64,000 nucleotides of DNA from the human T2T-CHM13v2.0 reference genome, Homo sapiens. The stretch lies in the NCBI RefSeq assembly GCF_009914755.1, contig NC_060932.1; one strand, 5' to 3'. Both the position numbers and the translations under genes were made by a program. This document shows positions 1-15,302 of this stretch, piece by piece (the first letter of the stretch is position 1; every line of letters begins with the position of its first letter). The notes under the pieces were generated by a model. It saw nothing but the letters and a program-made list of their open reading frames with translations, was not told the DNA's origin and ran no database searches.

Positions 1-54
1 TGGTAATAATCCCAGGGAGCGGAGGAGGAGAAGGAAAAGAAGACAACACTTTAT

Positions 55-245
55 AGCATATACCATGTGTTTCTTATATATTAGCTCATTGAACCTATTC
101 AACAACCCCCTGAGGCAGGTGCTGCTATTATGCTCATTTACAGAGACAGAGAGGAAGTGACTTGTCCAGGGTCTTGTAGCCAGTAAGTGGCAGAGCTAGT
201 ATTCAACCCTAGGCAATGTGATCCTAGGGTCTATGCTCTTAACCC
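55..245 (-). mobile_element. MIR SINE
   Basis: Matches the MIR core in reverse (catttacagagacagagaggaagtgacttgtccagggtc...gtggcagagct). Confidence 0.75.
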
Positions 246-351
246 CTCCCCTGTACCATTGCCTCTCAAGGGGAAACAAATGTTTTTGTCCCCCATCAAT
301 TCACCAACATTCCTAGGAATGTAATCTTAAAAACAGCCAGAAATGTGCTCA

Positions 352-618
<267 letters not shown>

Positions 619-630
619 TTAGCAAGAAAT

Positions 631-820
631 GTGGTAGTTAGTGTCCCCCTAAATTCAAGCATTGGAAATGTAATCTTTATTGCAACAGTGTTGGGAGGTG
701 GGGCCTTTGTGGGGGTATTTGAGTCATGAATGTATTTGGGATGCCGTAGAAAGGGCTTGCAGGAGTGGGCTGGCTTGATCCTCTGCCTTTCTGCCATGTG
801 AGGACTCCACGCTCATCCTC
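631..820. mobile_element. MaLR (MST-like) LTR fragment
   Basis: gtgtccccctaaattca...gtgttgggaggtggggcc resembles MST/MLT LTR termini. Confidence 0.6.
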
Positions 821-861
821 GCTTGTCCTCCCACCTCCCGCCCTGTTCGAAGCACTGAGTC

Positions 862-1900
862 CTATTGCGTGATAGGCACATACCACACACAATGTGTATA
901 TCGGTCTCCTGCTGAAGGGGGTTTGGGATGTTTCCAATCTTTGTCTATTATGAATAAAGCTGCCGGAACAGGCAAAGGGAGATTTGACAGTGAAGTATAG
1001 GAATGACCTGGAGGGCTGGTTTTCTCATGGGTGAGAGTCCTCCCGGCAGCTCTTAGCTCAGATACCTCCTTGCCACTAAAATCAGAATTGTCCCCAAAAT
1101 GATTTGCTTCCATTCAATCACGGATGGCATTTGTAGTAGGCATTTCCCCCCCAGAAGCTGAATGAAAATGTGATTGCCTTGATAGAGGAGGGTTCAATAG
1201 ACTTCTGAAGTAGTTTCATCTATGAAATCTCAGTATTTGAAATGGAGGGACCAAGCTTTTTCAGTTTGTTTTTTCTAGAGGTAGGATGTCACTTTATCAC
1301 CCAGGTCGGAGTACAGTGGCACAATCATAGCTCACTGCAGCCTCGACCTCCCAGGCTCAAGTGATCCTCCCACCTCAACCTCCTGAGTAGCTGGGGCTAC
1401 AAGCACATGCCACCACACCCAGCTAATTTTTTAAAATCCTTTGTAGAGATGAGGTCTCGCTATCTTGCCCAGGCTGGTCTCAAACTTCTGACCTCGAGCA
1501 ATCCTCCCGCCTCCACCAGCCAAAGTGCTGGGATTACAGGTGTGAGCCACCATGTCCAGACTCCATTTTTGACTCTGATAAATGGTGCTGCTGTGAACAT
1601 TCTTGTGTGTGTCTTCTGGGGAACATATGAATGCCATTCTCTTGGGCATATACCTGGGCATGGAATCGCCAGGGCATAGGATGGCCCTGTGTTCAGCTTT
1701 GGTAGACACTGCCAAAGAGTTTCCTATGGTGGTTGTACTAGTTTATATCCAGCAGGGGATGAAACTACACTTATTCCTTGTCCTTGTCAGTGTCAGTGAT
1801 GTTTATTCCATTTTCCCTGCTCTGGTGCATTGTAGAGGTGCCATATTGTGGTTTTAATTTGCATTTTCCTGATGACTCATGAAGTTGAGCACCTTTAATT
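862..1900 (-). mobile_element. Old L1M fragments, interrupted by a minus-strand AluJ at about 1262-1559
   Basis: gctgctgtgaacattcttgtg and gtggttttaatttgcattttcctgatgact are L1 3'-region motifs. Confidence 0.7.
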
Positions 1901-2083
1901 ATGTCATTAAGTCTGATTGTTGACTTGAACTCTGGGCCCGTTACACCAGCAGGTCCTGCCCTATGGCTTGGGGTTGGCTGTTCCATCTGCCTGGAGTGGT
2001 TCCACCAGATGTTTGCACAACTAACTTCTTTGCCTCATTCCCATCTTTTCTCAAATGTCACTTTGTTCATGCTGCTGAGCCTA

Positions 2084-2404
<321 letters not shown>

Positions 2405-2889
2405 CTACACACCCCTTGCCACTCTTAGTCCCCCTCACCCTGCTTGGTTTTGCTTACTGTCTGCTAGAACAGCAGCTCCAGGAAGGCAGCTCACTTGAGT
2501 GCTTCAAAATGCCTAGCAGGGTGCCTGGCGCACAGTACACGCTCCAGAAATATTGGTTGTGTGACAATCTGAGGAAACAGCATCAGGCACAGGGAACAGA
2601 AGGCTCAGAGGCCTCAGTATGGAAACACACTGGACATGCCGGAGGGGCAGAGAAAGGCCCAGTGGCCAGAGCACAGAGGATGCAGTGGCCAGAGAGAGGA
2701 GGTCAGGGGAGAGGGAAGCCTGGGTCTCACCCTGAGCACAGAGTGGAGCTGAGGCCACGCCCTTCTTTTTTGTCTCTATCTTCTCCCAGGGAACACATCG
2801 ATCCTGTACTGTTCATATTTTTGCTTCTTTTTTTTTTTTTTTTTACATATTTCTTCATTATAGTTTGCTACTTCTTGTTTAAACTTTTT

Positions 2890-3460
<571 letters not shown>

Positions 3461-3672
3461 ACCTTGCTATTTCTTTATCTGTGGCCTACTCTGCAAAAAT
3501 ACACTCGAAAATGTTTACCTTTAGTATTTTCTTTTTGGTTAGTTTTTAATCTGGTTCACATGAAATATAAGTGCTTTTCAAAAGCAATTTTTGTCCATCG
3601 TTTACAAACCAGTGTTTATCTTTTATTATTGTTCAGCTTTGTAAAAATATCTTGGTGAGAAGTATGTAATCA

Positions 3673-3998
<326 letters not shown>

Positions 3999-4175
3999 TT
4001 ATCATTTTTAAAAAGTAACATTTAATCATATAATGAACATGATCTTGTTTAGGAGTTCATTTTGGTAAAAATAATTGTACACATGAAATAAGAATTTAGC
4101 CTTTGTAAAATTGTATTCAATCAATAACATAAATGTTTTCTGATTTGTCATCTTGTTTATCTCAAAGTATCCATG

Positions 4176-4250
4176 CAGTCTGAACTGAAGTCTGTTCATC
4201 CAGTCTGAACTGAAGTCTGTTCATCCAGTCTGAACTGAAATCCGTCAACC
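4176..4250. repeat. 25-bp tandem repeat, 3 copies (CAGTCTGAACTGAAGTCTGTTCATC)
   Basis: Copies 1 and 2 are identical; copy 3 is diverged. Confidence 0.93.
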
Positions 4251-4445
4251 ACCCTGACCCACAAGGTCGCTAACCCCAGCCAGCAGTAGCTAGATCTCAG
4301 GGAGGAAAAACAGATCTGAGAAAAGCGGCCTCCAAGTCAGAAAGCAGCCCAGCTTTTAACATTTTTATTTGGATTTCCTCCTCTATAATTTTCTGTATTC
4401 CCCTCTCCCCTCAAAATTATGAGTACTTTATTAATTAGAAGAAAT

Positions 4446-4794
<349 letters not shown>

Positions 4795-5939
4795 TTATTT
4801 ATCCTCAGCACACTAATTTATATGCTTAGCTAGGAAAGCAGGCATGTCAGCAACAAATGCCACTGTCACAAAATGCTGAATTAGGAGTAAATCCCTACAC
4901 TTACAGTGTCAAGTCTTGGACTTCAATCTGATCATTCCTAAATGCACATCACTGGGCAATCGCTAAGCTTCTTGGTCTCTGTGTTGTCACGGGACATAAA
5001 AATAATAACTCCATATCACAGAATAGACAGTGGAATTAGACAGTGGCTGAGAGGCCACTGACAAACCTCATGAGATGGTCCTAGGAGTCCCTTGAAAAAG
5101 GATTCTCTGGTGAAAGCCAAAAGCATGCCTTTATTGCAGGACTTATCAGAGCTTTTAAGGTGCTCTTGAGCCTGGTAATCCTCCAAGAGGGGGATGTAGT
5201 GTTAAGGCTTCTCCATTCTCACTTGAACAGAGAATAAGGCTAGTGTTCCACAGCATGCACTGAGGGAAATTCTGAGCTGAAATTGGTAGTAGAGATGACT
5301 TTCTCAATCATTGAAAATAATTTTAGAAAAATGTTAAGGCCTACTGCTCCAAGTGCCACATCGTAAAAGACGCCCACACTGGTGGAGTCTGAGGAGGAGC
5401 CATCAGTCCTGAGAGGGCAGTAAGGCCATCTTACCTGTCCCCTTCCTGAGGAAGGGGCCACGTCCCATTTGTCATTGTCTCCCATCCTGCAGCTCAGCCC
5501 TATAAATGCGAGTGGCCTGAACACCTTGCTCAAGGCCAGGGGCCACCCCTGCCCACTAGCCTCCTCCATCCTGTCCTCTGCCACCATGACACCCACACTC
5601 CTTCTCTTGTCCCTCTCACCCCCATGCCCACCTACTGAGCCTCTGGCACTGCCTGCCCTTCACCACCACCTTCCAGACTCCCCAGCACAGCTCACCCTTC
5701 AAGGCCAGCTCAGACTCTGCCTCTCCTCTGGAGCCTCCTCTGCCAGCTGGGCCTCAGCTTCCCTAGATAATTCCAGTGCTAAGGGCTGACCACCTGCTGA
5801 AGGGCCTGAACAACATGCCTCTGGTTGCGCTGAGCTCATTAAAGGCCTGGTCCATATGTTCTACCCTTGCGGCTCCTTCTTCAGCATCTAGCCCAGTGAC
5901 AGGCCCAGAGCAGATAATGAGCCCACTCTGACCAGTTGG

Positions 5940-6200
5940 TGTGGAGACTGAAGGAACTCCATCTTGGATGCTGACCCGCCATGTTGACTTCCAATTCACC
6001 CCAGTTCCAGGAATGCCTCTAAGATTTCTACTTTCACATACTTACCGTGAATCCTGCCGTTGGGTCTAAACAACCTTGACGTAAATCCTGCCCTTAGCAA
6101 ATCCATGTTATACCCCTTCCCTGTGTTATATAAGCCCTGGGATAGGGGGTGTTGGTGTGGGGTTCTACCATCTCATCTTGTGCCCACCTAGGACATGGCA
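5940..6200 (+). mobile_element. LTR47A-like ERV LTR (3'-truncated)
   Basis: Starts TGTGGAGAC...AACTCCATCTTGGATGCT...CCGCCATGTTGACTTC; TATA-like TATATAAG near 6128. Confidence 0.7.
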
Positions 6201-6269
6201 GTAGGTTTGCATAGACCTGCTCACCACAGAACGGTTGGTGATATGGATGGTAGACTTCAGAGAAGCTTC

Positions 6270-6490
6270 GTGAAGCAAACACTGGATTCTGAGCCATGAA
6301 GCCTGGTCTTGACTCCCATCTCCACCCTCCTCAGCCCTGTGAGGTAGGCAAGTCACAAAACTTCTTTGAACCTGAGTTTTCACATGCTGTACTACCGGGT
6401 TACTATTTCCCGGCCTTACCATCCACCTCAAGGGTGGTTATGAGGCGAAGGCACTTTGAAAATGCTGAAGCTCTTCTCTAATGTCAGCCT
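6270..6490 (+). mobile_element. MIR
   Basis: ggcaagtcacaaaacttctttgaacctgagttttcac MIR core. Confidence 0.7.
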
Positions 6491-7211
6491 TACTGTTATT
6501 TTTCAGACTTAGCAGCCCCTGACAAATGGAGTATTAATCACGATGATGGGGCTCCCTATCCAGAGTCCAGCTGCTGACAGCTGGCACTGAGTCCAAGACA
6601 GCGGGAGCAAAGTTCTCTGCCTTGTGGAGTTCCCTGCGCCGTCATGGAATCCACCCAACCATCTGCTTCGTCTCGATGTGCTTGGCTCATTTTAATTCTT
6701 TTCCCAGAGTGTGGGGATGATGGATTCCGTGAGACAGCCCAGGTTTTCTGACACCGGTCCAGGGTTGTAGACAGCAAAGTCAATGAGCTTCCTCCGTGTC
6801 ACGTTCATAGCCCAGAGACCCAAGAGCCAGCCTTAACTGGAACTGCTTATTTTGTCAGACTCAATGACCCAGGGTACCCTTTAAGGGATCTCTCTTGGAG
6901 TTGAGATGATGTAAAATTTGAGAATTAGATTATGATATCATTTTAATGGGGGTAATTTGTAATTGGTAGCCAAACATGTTTATTCAAATGAATCATAAGA
7001 AACTTCTCAAAACAGGGTAAGATTTGGGGCCAAAACTTGTAAGAAGGAATTTAGTGGGATGGGGCAAAATAGACACCCATGTTGGGAAAAGACACCTCTC
7101 ACATACAGGATATGGAACACCAGGCTTCTCCAGGCATATAAGAAAAAATCTTACATTGGAGATGGCTTTGAGGTTGATGGAAGTCAGAAACAGTTGGGGA
7201 AAACAGCTACC

Positions 7212-7739
7212 AGTTGAGTAACCTTTATCTAAAATGCTTGGGACCAGAAGTGTTTTAGATTTCAGGGTGTTTGTTTGTGTGTTTGTTTGTTTGTTTTTCT
7301 GAGAAAGGGTCTTGCTCTGTTGCCCAGGCTAGAATACAGTGGCCTGATCACAGTTCCCTGAAGCCTTGACCTCTCAGGCTTAAGCGATCCACTCACCTCA
7401 GCCTGGGACTACAGGCACGCAACACCACGCCTGGCTAATTATTTTACCTTTTGTAGAGACAGGGTCTTGCTATGATGCTTAGGCTGGTCTCAGACTCCTG
7501 GGCTCAAACAGTCCTCCCGCCTCAGCCTCCCAAAGTGCTGGGATTGCAGGCCTGGACCACCGTGCCTGGCCTGGATTTCAGATTTTTTTAGATTCCAGCT
7601 CAACATCCCTAATTTGAAAATTCTAAATCCTACATGCTGCAATGAGCATTTCATTTAAGTGTCATGTTGACACTCAAAAAGTTTCGAATTTTGGAGCATT
7701 TCAGATTTTGGATTTTCAGATTCGGATACTCAACTTGCA
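7212..7739. mobile_element. Tigger4a/MER46-like MITE interrupted by a minus-strand Alu (about 7270-7571)
   Basis: TIRs cagttgagta / tactcaacttg; internal aaatgcttgggaccagaagtgtt. Confidence 0.8.
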
Positions 7740-7749
7740 TTTCAAAACT

Positions 7750-8270
7750 TAAGCTGCATTAGTAAAAGCAGGATGAACAGAAAGATTGAGGATACAGAGC
7801 CTTTGAGCCCTGCGTTAATGAGCTCACAGTTGGTGTAGTATGCTCAGTTCTAGGTTCTTCTGAAAGATTTAGTCAAAACTTAGAGGGTGCCCACCAGAGT
7901 GACTAGGCTGGTGAAGGGTCCAGAGAACAACAGCAAAATGCAGTGCTTAACCCAGAGAAGAAACTATGCAACGGGGCATGACTGTGTTCTCAGATACATG
8001 AAGGGCTGTCATGCAGAGATGTAAGTTTTCTCTGAACTATCCTAGAGGGAGGGGGGAATGCCACCAAATATACAGAAGTTCTTATTCACCACTGAGCTGT
8101 CTGGACCCCAGAACCCTGGCTGACGCCTGGAAATTCCCTACCAATGGCATTGCTTAATCAGAGCTTGGGTAATCTGTACTGCATGGAAGTCTCACAGAGT
8201 AGTTTCCCGCACTGGGTGGCTGCCTGCACCCAGTAACCCCGATGCCTCTCCCAGGTCAAAGAAGGCCATT
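7750..8270 (+). mobile_element. L3/CR1 LINE fragment
   Basis: gactaggctggtgaagggtc...cagatacatgaagggctgtcat resembles the CR1 3' region. Confidence 0.6.
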
Positions 8271-8735
8271 AGAAGAAAACTTTTTCCACCTTGATAAAAA
8301 GTAGCTTACAACTGACTTTGTGTTTAGTTTGCTTTGGTTGGGGAAAAGAAAGAACATTCCATGCATGTTTTTAATAGCAAGAACTAAAAACAGGAAATAT
8401 TATATTCAATAAACCTAATAAGTAATACTAACAAATATATTTCAGCGGCAGATTATACCAGAAAGAGAAAAAAAATGAGAAAAAAAAGAAATAAAGGTGA
8501 AGAAAAATTGAGAAGGAATGATGGAGATAAAAGAGAGGAAAATAAGGCAAATAAATGGAAAAAGAGAGAAAGAGGGAGAGGGAGAGAGGAAAGAGGAAAT
8601 GGAGGAAAACAGTGAGGAATCAGAATATAAAGTCATATAACTTATTTCCTTCTCTTCCTTCCTGAAACATAACACATATCATGGCTAGTGCAAAGTGAAG
8701 GTTTTCTTTGTTTAATTTAGATCTTATATTTATCA

Positions 8736-8963
<228 letters not shown>

Positions 8964-9269
8964 CTATGAGGCTTATTATGAAAGCAACAGCTCCCCAGCC
9001 TCTCAAACCCATATCCTGTTTCCCATAGGCACCAATTTCCAACCCTTCAAGTCTTACTTTTTATATTTATCTCCACTTTTCTAAATAACATAATTATACT
9101 GCTATTTCTTTCTCTTTTTTCAGTCTTATGATTATCCATTCCAACTGTAAGGAAAAGACTTATCTCTCTTTTACTCTATTTCCCACCCATACACATGCCT
9201 TCCCCCATCCTCCTCATAGAGTTAGATCATCCTTTTGTTTAGATCATTTTTCAGCTATGACGTGAAGGC

Positions 9270-9570
9270 TGGACTCAGCTGGGACTGTCTACTGGACCAC
9301 CTGCACATGGGCTTTCCATGTGGCTGGATTTCTCCTGGCAGGATGGCGGGGATTTGAGAGGGAGCATCCTCAGAGCAGGCATTTCTGGACCACCGGGCAG
9401 AGGATGCATGGCCTCTTCTGAATTAGCTCCAGAAGTTCTACAGCATCCTTCCCACTGCACTCTATGGATGGTGGAAGTCTCGGGCATGCCCACATCCAAG
9501 GGGAGAAGACATAGATGTCATCTATTACTGGGGGTGGGGGGGTGTCAAAGAATTTGGGGGCTATGTTTTA
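9270..9570. mobile_element. MLT1-family MaLR LTR fragment
   Basis: ggctggactcagctgggactgtc...tagctccagaagt...cccactgcactctatgg. Confidence 0.65.
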
Positions 9571-9944
9571 CAACGGTCAGATTAGTTTTCAAATTAGATT
9601 GTTCTCCAGTCTCTCCACTTTGCCAACTCCCAAATTAGGATTCAATTTTTCTTGAGTCTGCCAAGTCAGTTAGCACTTGTTTTTCTGCTTTTCAGCTTCA
9701 AGAATTTTGTTGCCTTGTCTCAACCATTCTCTTTGACCAAGTTTACAGTTGTTTTAGTGGGATTCTAAAGGCAGAAGAGATAACTGGTTGTATTTGACTT
9801 TCATATTTAACCCAAAGTTCCATTTACTTCTTTAATTTTAAAAATGTTTCAGTCATATAATTTTACACTAATTCGTTACTGTGATTGTGTCATCCATGAT
9901 TGTTTTTAATTAATTTTTATATCATTCTATATATGGCTGTATCT

Positions 9945-11000
9945 AGACCCTTCACCAGGCTGGCCACCCTTTTCTGGACACCTTATTCTCTTTCAAAAAA
10001 CTTGTTAAAATGGACCACTTGACATTGAACCCAGGTCCAGGGATATATGGCACTGTGAAGTAATTACCCCCTTGTTCTGGAGGAAATTCTTTGCTGTCAC
10101 AGCCTGAGGCCAAATGGCATTGCTTAACTGCAACTCCACACTGTTGACTTATACTGAGCCCATTACCCAAGCCACCTTTACCCACAGGCTACTAGTAAAC
10201 CAAGTGAATTTTTGTTGTTGTTATTCCAATCTTGCTCTTGTGCAGGTAGCTTGTGGACCCTGAATGGAATATTCTACATTTATCCTCAGTTACATTTCAT
10301 CTTGTTAGCTTCCGATACAGTTAGGCTTTGTATCCCCACCCAAATCTTATCTTGAATTATAATCCCCATAATCCCCACGTATCAAGGGAGAGACCAGGTG
10401 GAGGTAATTGAATCACGGGGGCAGTTTCCCCCATGCTGGTCTCATGATAGCGAGTGGGTTCTCACGAGATGTGATGGTTTTATAAGGGGCTCTTCCCCCT
10501 TTGCTCGGCACTTCTTCCTGCCGCCTTGTGAAGAAGTTGCCTTGCTTCCTCTTCACCTTCCACCATAATTGTAAGTTTCCTGAGGCCTCTTCAGTCATGC
10601 TGAGCTAGGAGTCAATTAAACCTCTTTCCTTTATAAATTACCCAATCTCAGGCAGTTCTTCATAGCAGTATGAAAACACACTAGTACAGCTTCCATTCAT
10701 GACTCCAGCCTGTTGATATCATTTGAATTCTGATTGTGCTTTCTTAGTATTAGCTAATCTCAGCTTTGTGTCATTTACAACTCGTATCAGCCTGCAATCT
10801 GCTACAACAAAACCACTGGCGATACTCTGTAAAGCTCAGGACTAAAGATCTAGGCAACCCCACCAGCCCCCTCTCCCCAGCTGGATGCTGATTCCCTGGG
10901 CACTGTGCCCAGCTCTTATAATCCCACTTGTAGCTACTTGGCATTCAGCCTATATTTCTTCATCATGACCACAGGAATGGCATGAATCTTTTTGCTTCTC
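9945..11000 (-). mobile_element. L3/CR1 fragment, split by the THE1 LTR
   Basis: Contains the reverse complement of the CR1 motif seen at 7.9 kb and continues after the LTR. Confidence 0.55.
10313..10688. mobile_element. THE1 (C/D-like) solo LTR
   Basis: Characteristic THE1 sequence; 5-bp TSD GCTTC at 10308-10312 and 10689-10693. Confidence 0.9.
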
Positions 11001-11030
11001 TGTGTGTATGGAAATTGTTTCAGAACATAC

Positions 11031-11757
11031 TGTATTAATAGAAAATGTGAGCTATAGTAAAGCCAATAGATCAGGAGACAACTTCTATTGAAAAGGTAGT
11101 TTGTTACTCACAGTTCCCTAGAGAAGGGAGCATGTCATACCACAGGGGACCACACAGGAAAGCACCAGAGGTGGTCAGGAGGCAGAGGGAGATGGGGGAG
11201 CTACAGTCAAGAGCCAGAAAGAATGGATGAGGCAGGGTGAGCAGCTTTGGAGTTGGCTGGTATTAAATGAAGTTCAGCCTAATGCTGCCTCCTTACTTGT
11301 TTTAAGTTCAGCCTAAAGCTTTCTCTATACAACGCAGACTATAACCTAAATGGAGATGTAAACAGACTGCAACCTACTCTTGTGCCAATCACTGAGTTTT
11401 GGCCAATCAAAGGGGGCGAACTGCTCAAACCATGTTCAAATAAGGCAAACACCGAGCTATAACCAAACTGGCTGTTTCTGAACCTTACTCCCATTTTCTG
11501 TACATCACTTTTATCTTTCTCTCCATAAATCTTCTTCCACCACGTGGCTATGCTGTGGTCTCCCTGAGCCTACTCTAGCTGGAAAGGTAATTTGCATTTG
11601 AAAAGCATGCTTTTTTTTTTTTTTTTTTTTGGCTTGAGAGAAAGTTACTATCTCTAGGAATTGGTTAGCCCTATCAGGGGCAGTTCTTTCAGGGTTAGCA
11701 AGGCCCTAGATGTCAAGGCAGGAAAACCCATAAGATAAAAGGCATGGTTAAAACACA
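11031..11757. mobile_element. ERVL-type LTR (MER77-like) with a nested truncated MER57 LTR (about 11261-11583, +)
   Basis: The inner part starts tattaaatgaagttcagcctaatgctgcctccttac (MER57 start) and has CCAAT boxes. The outer LTR-like sequence resumes afterwards. Confidence 0.65.
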
Positions 11758-11890
11758 AACACAGCGTATTTATCCTTCAGCTAATGTTGATTCAAGGCGG
11801 GCCTGTGAGACTCTCAGAGAAGTCCTGCCTCACTGTTCATGACACTCACCCAAAAGAAGAAGAGAAGAAAGTGTCAGAATAATCTGGCCA

Positions 11891-12192
11891 TGGCCAGGCA
11901 TAGTGACTCACACCTGTAACCTCAGAACATTGGGAGGCTGAAGTGAAAGGGTTGCTTGAGCCCAGGAGTTGGAGATCAGCCTGGGCAACATAGACAAAAT
12001 ATAAAAATAAATTATCCAGGCGTGGTGGCACAAACCTATGGTTTCAGCTACTGGGGAGGCTGAGGTGGGAGGATCACTTGAGCTCAGGAGGTTGAAGCTG
12101 CAATGAGCCGTGATTGCACCTCTATACTCCAGCCTGGGTGACAGAGTGAGACCTGTCTCAAAAAAAAAAAAAAAAAGGAAAGAAAAGAAAAA
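11891..12192 (+). mobile_element. AluJ
   Basis: Alu dimer with poly(A). Confidence 0.9.
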
Positions 12193-14056
12193 GCGTGGCT
12201 ACTATTTCCACAGGCAACTCCTATAAGCCCTTTCTGTTCATGAGCACTGGAGATTCCCCTGGGGAGGCAGTAGAAGTTCAGCACAGAGGGGATGGTCAAC
12301 ATTAAAGTATTACATCCCTGTATTCCTCGGTATGTTCCTTGGGAAGTGTGTGCATGTGTGTATACTTCTCAGGGTAGATCCGTTCCTAGAGCAATAGTTT
12401 CCCTAGTCTCCTAATTCCTATTGCAACTTCTTATGCATGAAAACCTCAAATCAGAGTTCAAGACTGAGTTAGAATGAAGAACTGCTGGAATTAAGTGTCT
12501 GTTTCCTACGAACCATGGAGATAAGCTAAAAGGGGCCGCTGGCAAGAGTGAGTGACCATCCTGTGCTGTAGGTCATATTTCTCTCGCTCTGGGTGGGTAC
12601 ATTTGGCTGCCTCCTCAGCAGGCACTGGCTGTCTGCCACACACATGCCAACACGTGCCTGACAGGGCAGCTGCATGCACCAGGATTTTAGCACGTGTCAG
12701 GAGCAGGCTCATGAATCTCATTGTCTCCCCCTGGAAACTGCCAGTTCCTTGAATGAGTACAGGGCAGCTGCCAGGGACCCAGCAACCAGATCTCAGCTGG
12801 AGGTAGGGGCTGAGTCCCGAAAACTGCACCTGAGTAACAATGGCCCTTCCACCCTAGTGTCCCCACGTCCCCATGTGTCACCAATGCAGCCAGCAGGTGC
12901 CATGAGCATGGGAGCATTGCTGAATCTCCAGTTGGTCCCCTTCCTTGGGTGGCCATCCACTGCCACAGCAGATGGAAAGAGAAAGCCCCTCCAGGCTCCT
13001 CTCCCTCCACAGCCCTCCACACGTGCTGTGATCCCAGCATGCGCATTCTGAATCAGTAAAAGCCAGTAAGAAAAACTATCCGGTCCCTTCCAACTCTTAC
13101 GTGTCCCCACCTGCAGGTTGATGGATGGACCCCTCCTTTGGAAACCATCCTCCCTGGAAGCAAGGCCTGTTTTCCTGTTTTCTTCTCTGAGGGGACTTCT
13201 CCCCACCACATCTCCTAAAATTGGGCATGCACAGAGTCCATTCCAGGGCACAGTTGATCTGCAGGCTGACGGCAGAATCTTGGGAGACCACAGGCCTGCT
13301 GCTGACGGTTGAACCCAAGCATCCAGGTGCCAACACGCCAAGCCCACACCCTTGGCCTCCCTGAGCCCTGCAGGCTTCCCAGGCCTCTTTGGAGCTAATG
13401 TTCCAGCATTCAGACCAGCACACCCAAGCCTGCAGTCTCATGTTACTAAAATAGCTTGGCACACAAGCAAAGACTCCATGGGGGCTCCCAAGCTTCCCCT
13501 TCCAGGCACCAGGCCTTCTTTATGCCTCACGCTTCTTGATGAAGCAGATAGAGCACTTCTCAGGGAGTCAGGGGACCTGTCATTAGCAGGATGTTGGAGG
13601 AATAGTGAATCCTTCAAGTACACAGCAGTTTTCCTAAGAGTTGTCAATGTATTCTACATGGAAATGAGCTTTTACAGGAAGTCAAGAGCTAAAGGAATGA
13701 ACAGAGTTAAGAAGATTTGCCTGGTAACCCAGGGACGCTCCATCACACAAATCCAGGGGACACCACTCACACTGTGTTTGCTGCGAACTGCTCCCCCTAC
13801 GGCTGCGCAGTTTTCTACCTGCTCTTTCCTTCCCATTTCTTCATCCAGTCCCGTGGTCATTTGGGACTCTGTGCCCTACGCTTTTGGCAAATTTCAAGTT
13901 AGTCTCTTAGAATGTGAGAGCCAGAGGGACCATTGGGTTTATGGCATCCATTCCTCCACTTTGGAGATAGGGAGGCTGTGGCCTGAAGAGATAACTTGTC
14001 TGTGCATCCTAGGCGGAGGCAGGGCCCAGATCCGGCACTCCTGACTTCCTCTTCTG

Positions 14057-14200
14057 CAGCACTACCCTGTGTGTGGCTGCAGACCTGGGAGCCTGCTGGA
14101 AACACAGCTTCTCCAGCTCCAGCCCCAGACCTGCTGAATCAGAACCAGCCTTTGATCAAGACACCCTGGTGACTTGCATGTAAAAGTTCTAGAAGGACTG
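14057..14200. mobile_element. MER5A-like hAT MITE
   Basis: ccccagacctgctgaatcagaa motif. Confidence 0.7.
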
Positions 14201-14867
14201 ATCCTTAACCACACCCAGGAAGAAAGGATACAGCCCTCTAAACACACTCTTGTTTCTAAAATAACCCGCATTCCCTGCATTCTGGAAGGAAAAGGACATA
14301 TGATGTATGGGGAGGAGAGGGAGGACTAAGGTGTGTTCATTTTGCAAAGCTGCTCATATGGAGAACGCTGCCCTCCAGGTGGACGGGCTCAGAAGGAACG
14401 TCTGTGGGACGGGCTCACGAAAGCCTGGGAAAACGTGACTCTGTAGTCCCCTCTCTGACTTATGCAATTGTTTGTTTGGACACTTGACTGACACAAACAC
14501 AGCCTCTTCACTCCTCACCCTCTTGACGTCAAGAATACGACCCTTTGCAGAGAGGGGAGACCTCAGAAGAGTCAGAAGAGTCTTGAAGAGGCCTTGAACT
14601 TGAACCTCGCAGAGCCAACAGCTGAACTCCCTCCCTGCCTCCCAGAGGCATGGTTCTGCAGGAAGAGGCTCAGCTCCCGGGCAACCAGACCCTCTCCCCA
14701 CAGACGCCCCTTTGCTCTTCATGCTGCTCTTGGTTTGGCTTTGGCTGACAGATGTCATTTCCTCATCCCTGCTAGAGTGCAGGCTGCTGCTTCTTCCCAG
14801 GGGCCAGCAGTAGGGCCTTGTCCACCTCTGCCCTGGGCCTCCCTTGGTTCTAGGAACAGCAAGCAGT

Positions 14868-15065
14868 TGTTGGGGGCTGAATTTTCTACCCCCAAAAGTC
14901 ATATGTTGAAGTTCCCCCCAGTTCCTCAGACTGTGACTGTATTTGGAAACAGTGCCTTTGAAGAGGTAATTAGGGTAAACTGAAGCCATTTGGGTAGACC
15001 TTAATCAATAGGATTGGTGTCCTCATAACAAGAGATTAGGACACACACAAGCTCACCAGGGGCAC

Positions 15066-15108
<43 letters not shown>

Positions 15109-15302
15109 TGTGGAGTGATGACCATGTGAGGACAGGGAGAAGGCAGCTGTCCACAAACCAAGGACAGAGGCCACAGGAGAAACGAACCCTGCCGACACTT
15201 TGACCTCATACTTCCAGCCTCCAGAACTGTGAGAAAACCAATTTCTGTTACTGAAGCCTCCCAGCCTGTGGCACTTGGTCACAGCAGCCGAGCTGACTAA
15301 CG
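14868..15302. mobile_element. MLT1A/B solo LTR with an internal (CA)n at about 15062-15105
   Basis: tgttgggggctgaatt...cttccagcctccagaactgtgagaa...gactaa. Confidence 0.85.

Noticed and set aside
4176-4250. Short direct repeats (also 19901-20040 and 24659-24758) as a CRISPR-like array
   Set aside because: The context is eukaryotic, there are only 2-3 units, there is no series of unique spacers and no cas genes.
13352-14044. 230-aa ORF (+), the longest in the window, with overlapping ORFs on both strands
   Set aside because: It starts at TTG and has no recognisable domain or splice partners. Similar-length ORFs on both strands fit chance openness in GC-richer DNA.
14354-14989. 211-aa ORF (-)
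   Set aside because: It begins inside an MLT1 LTR and shows no protein-family resemblance.
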